Source: Monocercomonoides exilis PA203
Lineage: Eukaryota; Protista; Preaxostyla
Assembly (NCBI GenBank): GCA_001643675.2
Contig: LSRY02000022.1
Location: forward strand, 310,001 to 374,000
DNA length: 64,000 nt
Reading direction: 5' to 3'
Each line of letters opens with the position of its first letter. Positions within the stretch are counted from its first letter, which is position 1. The position numbers were made by a program, and so were the translations under genes. Positions 36,910-46,199 of the stretch are shown in pieces. The notes beneath the pieces are model-generated. The model searched no databases. It was given only the letters and a program-made list of their open reading frames with translations, and was not told the DNA's origin.

Positions 36910-39900
36910 ATGAAGATTTTCCTTTTTTTTGTGTTTTGTGCTTTTGCAGAGCATCAAGAATTTGCACTGAGATTCAGCACAGGAAACGATGAGGATTGCC
37001 GAACTGATCATTCAAAGCCATGCAAAACATTTTCTGGGCTGTTTCGAATCCTGGATGGACAATCTGAGGTTGCAATTTTCCCCGAGAAAACGAAAGAAGT
37101 TCAACATCCATCGACTTTGGATAAAGCTTTGGAATACGTTTTGTTTAATCAAGAAAATGACCAAAGCTTCATATTCACTTCTCCAGCAGAAACAGAGCCT
37201 TTGTTGAAGTTATCAAATGTTAAATGGTTTGTTTTTGCCAACCATTTTAAATATTGCATCATTATTAAAAAATTTGCAACATATTTGTTTCAGCATTGAT
37301 TTTGTGCTATGTCTGTTTTCAACTTCAAAGTCGCCAATTCTCGAACTTTCAAATGTCAGAACAATAAAATTTGAAGGATGCATTTTTTCTGGAGAGGGAA
37401 ATGAAAAGGGAACGGGCCCTCTTGTGAAAGTTGTTGACACAGATTATTTTTGCACTTTTTCGAAAACGAAGGATGATACAACAACAATGACAAGCTTTGA
37501 ACACCACACGATTGATGGCCAAGGAGCAGGACTTTATGTTGAAGTTGCAAAGAAAGTTGAAATTCATGACAGTGCATTTGTGGATCTGATAGCAACACAA
37601 GGAGGGGGCTTGTTTGCTGGAAAGGAAGTTGTGGAGTTTTCAATGGAAGGGTGCAAAGTGGCAGATACAAAAGCAACCGGAGAGCAGGATAATGGAGGCG
37701 GTGCAGGCGTGTACATATCTTCCGTGAGCGCCGAATTGGAAGCTGAGGAAAAAGCAGCAAAATTGAAGTCATGCTCTTTCTTGAACTGTGACTCGGGGAG
37801 AGGAACAGGAATGGAGCGAGGGTTTGGCGGGTGTGTGTACACAGGGCGTTCGATTGTGTGTGAGCGATGCAGCATGTCAGGCGGGCACGGGAGGCGAGGA
37901 AATTGCCTGTCGGTTAACGGGAGGGGAATAAAGGCAGGACAGAAGTGCTTGGTGATGGACTGCGAATTCAGAGGAGAGTGGAGGGCAGATGCGAAAGACG
38001 AAACGGTTGCGGAGGTGCTTTTGCATGTTCTGGCGTTCGAAGAGCTGAATGTGTCAGGAAACTCTGAGGGATACAGCAACTTTTTTGAGAAGCAAGCATC
38101 GAGTCTGACGACTGCAGGGATCTATTGCGCAGATGTGGACAAAATGTTCATTTCGAAGTGCAAGTTCGAGAACTGCTTTGGATGCGACGGTGGGTGCATT
38201 GCAGCTGAGCCAGTGGCGGATTGGCAAAGCGAGATGAGTGTGATGGAGATTGTGCATTGCGAGATGAAGGGCAGCGAAGAGGAGGGCAGGCATTCTCAGA
38301 AAGGAGAGCCGAAGAATTCAGGAGCGATGGTGTTTGCGCAGAAAGTGAAGAACGTGACGATATCGAATGGGAATTCGGACAAAATTGCGAGCATCTGGAA
38401 GCACACGTCGCTTGCGAATGAGCGGAGCGGGGGTGTTGTGTGTGAGAATGCAGATGTTCTGTCACTTTCGGGTGTGAAGCTTGAATCGCTGAACGGATTG
38501 TGCGGAGGAGCGATCTTTGTGAAACAGGATGTGAAGCTGGTTGAACTGAAATCGCTGACGATTGCTCAGTGCAGTGCCATCTACAGCGACAAAGACGCTC
38601 AGAGCGGAAGAGGAGGAGCCATGTTCATTGCAGATTATGCTCCAAAGGCATTTTCTTCATTGATTCATTCGTTAACATCGTCATTCTCTTGTCATTCATC
38701 TGTTAATGATGCCTTCACGACTGTGGATATCAAGAGCTGCCACATCAGCAATTGCTCAGCCACAGAAGGCGGAGCCATCTTTGTGGAGACTTGCGAAAGC
38801 GATGGAGCGCAGAGAAAGAAGCTTTTGATTGACCAAACAGACTTTGTCAGCAACAAAGCCAAAGAGGAAGGAGGAGCCATTATGATACGCGAAAAGAAAA
38901 ATAGAGAGCCAGCAGACAAAGAAAAAATTCATTTCACAAATTCAACTGCGCTGAAGATGAAAAAGAGAGCAGAGAATGAAGACAATTCTTTGCACTTAAT
39001 CCAAAACAGCCGATTTTCTCACAACGAATGCAAAGCGAAGGCCAGCAAATCTGTTTGGGAACTTTTTAATGCGAAGGCAAGCGAATGGCCAGTCACGCCG
39101 TGTGGAAGTGCCATATCGATCAGAGGAGCAGACGAAGCAGCAGAAGCAGCCGAGCCATCTCATTCGAATGAGCAGGCAGAATATCTTCTGCTGTCTTCGT
39201 CTTCGGAATATGTGAGCAACGTGCACACAGCCATTTATGCTACGAAAGGAGCGAAAGTGAAGAGCCGCAACGATTCATTCAGCAACAACGTCGAAAGAGA
39301 CAAAGAGGATTTGGAGATTCTGGTTGACATTTCGTGCGAAAACGCGGAAGTTTCAGTGACATCGCCGAGAAATAGCCATCCGCAGCGGCTGTGTGATGAG
39401 ACGTGCCGAAAGCTGTCAGCGGCAGAGGAGTCGGCTGTGAAGTGTGAGTTCTATCCGACGAGGGACATTCAGCCCAGCTACTCCTCTGTTTTGTATGCGA
39501 CGCCATTGAAGTTGCCTTCGATTGAGTTCAAAGGGCGCCATTTGTATCCGCTGAATGTGCCGATTTTGTGGATTGGGAAAAGCGAGCGGACAGAGGAGAA
39601 TTCGAAAGAAGGGGTGAGCGTTGAGTTGGAATCGAAGAAGGAATCGAATGCCACGTCGCAGTATGTTTTTCGCTCGAAAGGAGAAATTGATGTTTCGAAG
39701 CTGAGTGTGGCTGCGCCTTCTGTGTTGTATCTGCATGTTTCTGTTGACGAAGGCGAAAGCTGGTCAGCGGGAATGAAAATGAGCGTTGAAAGGAAGAAAA
39801 ATGGGGTGCCTGGATATGGAATAGCTCTGATTGTTGTTGGGTGTGTTTTGGCTGTTGGCGCTGTGATATTTGTGGTTGTATTTTGTGTTGTTCGGAGAAG

Positions 39901-39934
39901 AAAGAGAGGGTACAAATCCATCACAACCAAATAA
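36910..39934 (+). CDS. Type-I membrane surface protein with GGA(I/M)/FxxN beta-helix (Pmp-like) repeats, 2 exons (36910..37226, 37294..39934)
   Basis: Signal peptide MKIFLFFVFCAFA; GNDEDCRTDHSKPCKTF motif; 67-nt phase-2 GT-AG intron joins the two ORFs; repeated GGAIF/GGAMF/GGCI; C-terminal TM then RRRKRGYKSI. Confidence 0.85.
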
Positions 39935-40589
39935 AAATACAACTTCAAATGACATTGCCCATGGCTGATGGTCAATTCTTCTTGTTTAAATGTATTCATT
40001 CAATTTCTGTTTTATTTGAAAAAATCTAAAATTTTATGAAAGTTTTTTATTGTTCTTTTTGAGCGTTTTTTTCTATTTTAATAAAAAATAGTAAGGATGA
40101 AAAGAGTAAATGAGATTAATGTTTTCCTTTTCAAATAATATAGACCTTTTATGAAGCGGAGTGAAGTATATGTTTATTGAGATTTGTTTTTATTTTTTTA
40201 CCAAATTTGTAAATTTCAATATGAATTCGTGCTATGAAAAAGTTTTTATTATTTTTTTTGAAATGAAAATAAGAAGAGCAATTTTTAGAAGATATTTTCT
40301 TAATCAAAATCATTTTTTTCGAGGAAGTGGATATTTTGATAACGATTATATTGAAAAGTGTTTTTTCAATTCACATTTGGAGCATTATAATAAATTGGTT
40401 GTGCAAAATCAAAAAATTATTTTTATTCAGTTCATTTAAATATTATTCAAAAAATCAAGTTTTTTCAATAAATACTCAAATACCGTTCTTTTTTGTTCAA
40501 AAAATTCAGTTTGTCTCATTAATCTTTCTTCGACTATTGATTGAAGTTGTTTTATTGAATATTTCCTTCGGATTTGGCATTAATATATA

Positions 40590-42759
40590 GGCAGGGACAA
40601 AACCCGGGACATTTGGTGTGGTTTTCGTGAACTTAAAAAATTCTTTGATTTGTAATAATATTCACCTTTTTAATAAAATTATTTTTAACAAGAAAGAAAG
40701 GAACAAACAAGAGTAATTTGTTTTATATTCCTTTATGATATGGTAGAAAAGAAGTTTGATATCAAAAGAGGAACAGAAAAAAAAACAGTTCAAAATAGAA
40801 AGAAATAGTAGTTAACATTTCAAAAGAAATAATTTGCACCTCATCAAAAGAATTATGAACCGAAAACAAAAACTGAACCCCATTGACTTTCTGAAGTTTT
40901 CTTTCTTTTTTTTTCTCACTTGGAAACAGTATCTCTTCTTCCAATGCGTTTGATTGCAATTCGGGATATTTTGTTGTGTCAGACATTTTGATAGAAACCT
41001 CTTCACGAAATATAGGTTTCTTTTTTTGATCTTGAAAGTCAACACTTTCATTAGGAACAGAAATGTCAGAGCTTGTGTGAATAATATCAGATGACTCCTT
41101 TTCACAAATTTTTGAGATTTCGTGTTGATTCTCGGAATGAATTGTTAAACTTTTCTTCTTTTTCTCTAATTGAACTGAATAGCTTTCGTAAAAAGTGTCT
41201 CCGGTAATTAGTTTCATACTGATATTATTTGTGAACCCTGAGCAATTTGATTCATTCACGTTTTCGAATTTTTCTGAGATTTAAGGAAGACACTGATAGA
41301 CCACAGATGGATCGAATGGATGAATTCCACAAGCTTCAAATGACTTTCTCACTATTCTCGGAGATAGAGAGTCGCAGACAGCTTCTAATACAGCTGGAAT
41401 CAATGCTTTTCTATACGAAGTAATTGATGAATCAGAAGGGATCAAAAATGCACGTTTCAAGCTGTTTTTAAAATGTGCAAAAACGAACCTATCCAAAGGT
41501 TGCGTTAAGTGAGTAGTGTGGGACGGAAGAATTAGAAGATGGATGTTGTGTTTCCTGCACAAAGAAATAACAGGTTGGCAAAGTCGAGATGAATGACCGT
41601 CGAGAATGATTAATGCGTAAGAAGATGGCCCGTGTAGTTCCACTCGTTTCTCATTAATTTTTGGTAAAAAATCTTCGATCATAATTTTCTCAAAATCATT
41701 CTTGCTCATCCAGCCAGTCCCGTTTGCAATGCAATTTGTTCGATGGTACTTTAATTCCTTCAAATCTTCAGACAGCGTTTGAGATGGTCACAACATCACA
41801 GGATCCAGTGATGTTCCATCGGCAAAAATTGAAAAAAACAATGTCGCATTTTTCCTTCGCTGCACTTCATGCAAGAGAGCATGCTGAGTTTCTTTTGTGA
41901 CGACGATTTCATCTTCGGACTGTTTCATTGTAACTCCGGTCTCATCCATATTGATTATCAAATCTGAAGAAAATGAAAATCATCAATAACATTTTTTAAT
42001 GTACTAAATCAATTTCTCATATTTTCGATGTTTGAAGCTTTAAGTCGATGCATGTCAATGTATGTTGGTTTGATCAGTTTCAACAATCCGCTTTTATTTA
42101 TAAATCTGCGAGCCCATTTTGTATTCATTTTGTGACACTGCAAAGATGGAGCGCTTTTCTTATTTTTTTTCATCATTACGTTTTCTGCCTATCAAAAAAT
42201 ACAAATTAAAAAAATCATTATCAAAATAAATCACACGAATTTTATTATATCCGAAACTGTCAATTTGTTGGAAGAAGATATTTGAGCTCTTGCGCAGTCT
42301 TCAATTTCCTCAATTTCTTCTTTATTAAATAACCCTGGTCTGCCAGAGCAGTGAGGATTTCTCCCAGCCTTTATTGATGCTATATGCCTGTAGATGGATG
42401 AATGAGATATGATTTTAGCTTTAACTAAATCTGAAGGTTTGATTTTATCTTGTTTTAAAAGATAATCAACTTTTTCTGCTTTTGAAGTGAGCCTGCGAAA
42501 CTCTGCCGATGCTTTGATAGGAGATAATTTATTGGAAGAGAAAGAGTATGTCATGTGTGTATCTTTTATTTGATTTATGGAAACTTGATCATGCAATTTG
42601 ATTAAAGTTCTTTTTTCAGAAGCAAATATTTTCAAAAGTGAACAAATGATTTGATCAATAAAACATATTGTTTGTCAATTTATAATTTGCGATTGTTTTT
42701 AAATAAACATCAAAAAAAAAATTATTTTAGACTGAAGTGTCCCGGGTTTTGTCCCTGTC
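40590..42759 (-). mobile_element. pogo/Tigger-type (Tc1/mariner superfamily) DNA transposon, full length, inactive
   Basis: TIRs G(G/A)CAGGGACAAAACCCGGGACA(T/C)TT at both ends, each flanked by TATA; internal DDE_1-type transposase. Confidence 0.9.
40762..42554 (-). pseudogene. DDE_1 (pogo-like) transposase pseudogene with a 48-nt intron (42189-42236)
   Basis: HTH region with GRP and KWARRF; catalytic motifs IINMDETG, IILDGHSSR, LPSHTTHLTQPLD. Lesions: TGA 42009-11, a 1-nt frameshift near 41975, TGA 41788-90, TAA 41281-83. The 3' end is approximate. Confidence 0.85.
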
Positions 42760-43363
42760 TATAAGATGAATAATCATCAAACTTAACCAAAGATTTGAAA
42801 CATAATGTCTAATGATTGAAAAAAGAAAATGAGAAATTCTTGATTTCTTTTTGTTGATTGCACGAAAGGAAAAACAAAAATTGTTCGTTTCAAGAAAGCC
42901 TCATTATAATACATATCCAAAGTGAAGGAAAATTTTATTCAAATTGAAGAAAATGAACATAAAAGGAAAAAATTCAAAAACATTCTAATTTAATAATTAA
43001 CAATAATTTCAAATTGAAACTCTTCTGTTTAGCAAACATGAAAGCATATCTCATAAGATATTGACATTAAACCGTTTTCTTAGGAAAGAAAATCGAATAT
43101 CAATTCCTTCTCTTATAATTGAGAACCACGATCTATGGGTAGTCGCTAGTGAGGATCAAGGTTGTGAAATGGTGGAAAATTCTGAAATGCAATCGACAAT
43201 TTCACAACAACTTAACCATAAACCAACAATTGGATAAAAAACGAGCTAACCAACTGAACAAGCGTTATCACATACTTTATTAACGCTAAGAAAAGGAATA
43301 AACAAGAACACCATAACTCGAAACACTTATTTACATGGGTGGGAGTGAAACGGTGGTGGGCCA

Positions 43364-43466
43364 AAGAGAAGGAATTGATATTCGATTTTCTTTCCTAATA
43401 AAAGTGCATAAGCACCTTTATTGTCAAGAAAATCTTCAATCAATTCCTTCTCTTATAATTGAGAAC
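43364..43466 (+). repeat. Internal complementary region (ICR) of the DIRS element
   Basis: aagagaaggaattgatattcgattttctttcctAA is the reverse complement of 43080-43114. AAtaaaagtgc...gagaac is the reverse complement of 46102-46171. Confidence 0.92.
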
Positions 43467-43471
43467 ACAAG

Positions 43472-46093
43472 TTAATTGGGAGATGATGAGACCATCATCA
43501 GAACAGCTTTCGTGATCGTCCTTTGCTTTTCCTCTGATTCCTTCCTTATTTGGGCCCTTGTTCTGATTATGAACTCTTTTACCTGTTCTGGCGGATCTCC
43601 TTTTCCTTCACTGGGCTCTTCAATCCTTGTAGGCCTCATTGGCTGTTCTTCCCCACTTCTTTGTTCTGCATTCTCTCGTTGACAAATGGAGCTATTGGCT
43701 TGTGGTTTAGTTGTTTTCTCATTTCCGCCTCTCTTCTTTGCTTCGGATCTTCTGTACATGGCTGTGCTGTCTGCATCCTCTCTGTTCGCTCTATCTTCTT
43801 GATCGTTTGTTGTGGAGGCAATAACGCGGGCCATTGATGATGCTAGGTTTGATCGAAAATAATGTTTGACCAACGTGTTTGTTCGTGGTGACAATCTTGC
43901 AAACCTTGCCACTTGTTCTGGGGGAATTCCTGCCATCGTCAATGCTGAAAGGCTTGCTGCTTTGATCGAGTATGGTGTGAATCTCTTGGGCACTCCTGCA
44001 TCATAAATCGCTTCCTTTGCGAGCTTCCGAATTCCTTCTGCAGCTAACGGATGAAAGTTCTCTGTGTTAAGAAGCAATTTGTCTGTGTGACTGTTTTTCT
44101 CTTGGACTTTTTTCCACAATTCCTGGATCGCTGATGCGGGACAAATCAAACTCAGTTCTGGTAAGAACGGAACAGCAATCTCCGTGCGTGTGTTTGAGGT
44201 CTTCAACTTTGTGTCCAAATACACGCCTTCCTCCTCAAACCTGCTTTCCAACATATTGATCCTCTCGAGCTCCGTGAATCTACAAGCTGAAAACAACATC
44301 GTTAGAACAATTACTTTCATAGTGAGCTGTTTAAAGCTTAACCCTTCATTTGGTCCCAGGCCAGAAAAGAAATTAAGCACTATTCGAGGATTCCAAATGT
44401 CTCCTGTCTTCTTCTTTCTTGACTTGTCCGTCCTTCGGAACGATCTAAAAAGGGTACGAATAATAGGGATGTCTCCAAGGAAGGAAGAGAATACAATATT
44501 GGAGTAAAGCGATACTGCTGCCCTTGTCAATTGAAGGCAAGTTAACTTCATGCCACCGTTCCTAAGCGATAGAAACACATTTGCACAACATGCGGCCCAC
44601 TCTTGAATAGACTCCGGTATTCTTCCATGTCCACACTCTCTCCATTGTTTTCCAAAATGAGCAAATCCATACAGATACCCTCGCCATGTGCTCTTGGATA
44701 TGCCTGCTCTGCACTCTTCTGCTAACGAGAAAGGGATTGATTTTTGTTCCAATGCATTCTTCCACCATTGTTCCCCATCGCGTAAGGTGCATTCAGCCAG
44801 ATTATCCTCAATCGACCTGGTGGAAGACTCGCACCTGTCCATTGCATCGATGGACCCTTCCGCAGAACCTCCTTCTGATTCTTCCAAGTCCATTCCAAAT
44901 GGGGAATGGACCTTAACAAGCTCTCCCAATTCTGTCCCTTCCAATTCGGCAGGAGTAATATCACTTGTGCTCTCTCCTGTCGTGCTTTCTGGATCGTCGG
45001 AATCACAAGCGGGATCGGTGGATGAGCTAACACGACTTCGTTCTTCCAGGGAAACATCAGTCCGTCTTCTGCAAGCTGACTTCCTATTCCGCACCATCTT
45101 CCCACTTTGCGATTGTGTTGCGCTGCAAACGCGTCCAGCGTTGGAGCAATGTTTAGTTTCGTCATTATCTTTTCCCATTCTTCGTCCTGCACCTCGTAGT
45201 CTCCTGTTCTCTCCAGTCGTGATAACGCATCTGCTCTTGTGTTCAGTACACCTGGAACATGTGACGCTCTCAACTCTATGCCTAGATCTTGTTTTAGTCT
45301 CCATAATTTCCTCAGCACTGGTCGAAGCTTCTTCCCTGCATTCCATCTGTTTATGTTGAACACCACGGATGTATTGTCCGATCTTAGGTGAAGAAAGGAC
45401 ACGTGATGTTCCTGAAAAATTGGTGAGAAGTGGCTCAGAGCAAGAAATACTGCCATTAGTTCCCTGAAATTGGATGATTGCTTTCTCACTCTGTGGGGGA
45501 ACGGATTGTGCGCATCGAGGAGCTGGTTGTTCAAGAGGAGCGAAGCTCCCCAAGCCGTCTCCGATGCATCTGTTGTAAGAGTTGCATCCGGGGAAAATAC
45601 TGGGATAAGTCTGCGTCTTGGGTGTGCTCTCAACTTCGATATCCATTGCCGAATCTGTTGCAGGATTGACGCATTCAACCTCAATTTGCCTTTCCATCCT
45701 CTTTCCTTTATTCCTTTCTGGAGCATACGATGCATGGAGTGAAGCCATAGAGAAGCGTCTGGCTGAACAAACCGAACAGCATTGAGTTTTCCAATAAAGG
45801 AAGCCAGATCTTTCACTTTCACAATTCTTGCTTTTACACAATCCTTTTCCCATCTGCGACACAAGCGAGTCAGTGCTTCTTTTCTGTCTCTTGCAAGCCG
45901 AACCTTCATCTTCGACGAGTCCCACTCGAAGCCAAGGAAAGAAAACCTTCTTCTTGGTGGAAGGAGCGTTTGGACCCCAAGCTGGCTTTGCACCCCACCT
46001 GGCAGTGAGGCTGCTTCGGTTGCCGGTGTAAGTCCAGTTGTCTGCGGGAAAAATGGTGATTGCATCATTGATCCGATCGTGGCGACTACCCAT
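43472..46093 (-). CDS. DIRS tyrosine recombinase ORF (873 aa; recombinase domains in the C-terminal half)
   Basis: N-terminal binding-like region STWRGYLYGFAHF; IWNPRIVLNF; SACRFTEL (Arg I); KLKT; ICPASAI; DAGVPKRFTPYSIKAAS; LVKHYF (Tyr nucleophile). Confidence 0.85.
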   Translation of the reverse strand: MGSRHDRINDAITIFPADNWTYTGNRSSLTARWGAKPAWGPNAPSTKKKVFFPWLRVGLVEDEGSACKRQKRSTDSLVSQMGKGLCKSKNCESERSGFLYWKTQCCSVCSARRFSMASLHASYAPERNKGKRMERQIEVECVNPATDSAMDIEVESTPKTQTYPSIFPGCNSYNRCIGDGLGSFAPLEQPAPRCAQSVPPQSEKAIIQFQGTNGSISCSEPLLTNFSGTSRVLSSPKIGQYIRGVQHKQMECREEASTSAEEIMETKTRSRHRVESVTCSRCTEHKSRCVITTGENRRLRGAGRRMGKDNDETKHCSNAGRVCSATQSQSGKMVRNRKSACRRRTDVSLEERSRVSSSTDPACDSDDPESTTGESTSDITPAELEGTELGELVKVHSPFGMDLEESEGGSAEGSIDAMDRCESSTRSIEDNLAECTLRDGEQWWKNALEQKSIPFSLAEECRAGISKSTWRGYLYGFAHFGKQWRECGHGRIPESIQEWAACCANVFLSLRNGGMKLTCLQLTRAAVSLYSNIVFSSFLGDIPIIRTLFRSFRRTDKSRKKKTGDIWNPRIVLNFFSGLGPNEGLSFKQLTMKVIVLTMLFSACRFTELERINMLESRFEEEGVYLDTKLKTSNTRTEIAVPFLPELSLICPASAIQELWKKVQEKNSHTDKLLLNTENFHPLAAEGIRKLAKEAIYDAGVPKRFTPYSIKAASLSALTMAGIPPEQVARFARLSPRTNTLVKHYFRSNLASSMARVIASTTNDQEDRANREDADSTAMYRRSEAKKRGGNEKTTKPQANSSICQRENAEQRSGEEQPMRPTRIEEPSEGKGDPPEQVKEFIIRTRAQIRKESEEKQRTITKAVLMMVSSSPN
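44722..46068 (-). CDS. Truncated DIRS pol: RT C-terminal remnant, RNase H and DNA adenine-methyltransferase-like domain
   Basis: PRRRFSFLGFEWDS (end of RT); LASFIGKLN; TTDASETAWGA, SNFRELMAV, LRSDNTSVV, HVPGVLNTRADALSR (RNase H); TLDAFAAQHN..W..AHPPIPLV..LLLPNWKGQNW (DIRS MT domain). No YxDD motif. Confidence 0.88.
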   Translation of the reverse strand: MMQSPFFPQTTGLTPATEAASLPGGVQSQLGVQTLLPPRRRFSFLGFEWDSSKMKVRLARDRKEALTRLCRRWEKDCVKARIVKVKDLASFIGKLNAVRFVQPDASLWLHSMHRMLQKGIKERGWKGKLRLNASILQQIRQWISKLRAHPRRRLIPVFSPDATLTTDASETAWGASLLLNNQLLDAHNPFPHRVRKQSSNFRELMAVFLALSHFSPIFQEHHVSFLHLRSDNTSVVFNINRWNAGKKLRPVLRKLWRLKQDLGIELRASHVPGVLNTRADALSRLERTGDYEVQDEEWEKIMTKLNIAPTLDAFAAQHNRKVGRWCGIGSQLAEDGLMFPWKNEVVLAHPPIPLVIPTIQKARQERAQVILLLPNWKGQNWESLLRSIPHLEWTWKNQKEVLRKGPSMQWTGASLPPGRLRIIWLNAPYAMGNNGGRMHWNKNQSLSR

Positions 46094-46199
46094 AGATCGT
46101 GGTTCTCAATTATAAGAGAAGGAATTGATTGAAGATTTTCTTGACAATAAAGGTGCTTATGCACTTTTATTGGAAAAAGGTACGAAACCTGATTCGTGT

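Larger units (their letters stand above)
43080..46171 (-). mobile_element. DIRS1-type tyrosine-recombinase retrotransposon, internally deleted (3.09 kb) with intact ends
   Basis: 48-bp ITRs at 43099-43146 and 46082-46129 with unequal outer extensions. Internal complementary region 43364-43466 reproduces the 3'end-5'end junction. RT-tail/RNase H/MT and YR ORFs present; no TSD. Confidence 0.93.

Noticed and set aside
41281-42011. TGA at Trp-like positions and an in-frame TAA suggesting a variant genetic code
   Set aside because: The same gene also has a frameshift and uses TGG for Trp, and intact genes here end at TGA (Rab after CAC, receptors) and TAA (391, 39934). Pseudogenisation explains it.
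43080-43466. Repeated 30-50-bp segments resembling a CRISPR array or LTRs
   Set aside because: The copies are inverted and split exactly as DIRS ITR/ICR; there is no repeat-spacer periodicity or cas gene, and the context is eukaryotic.
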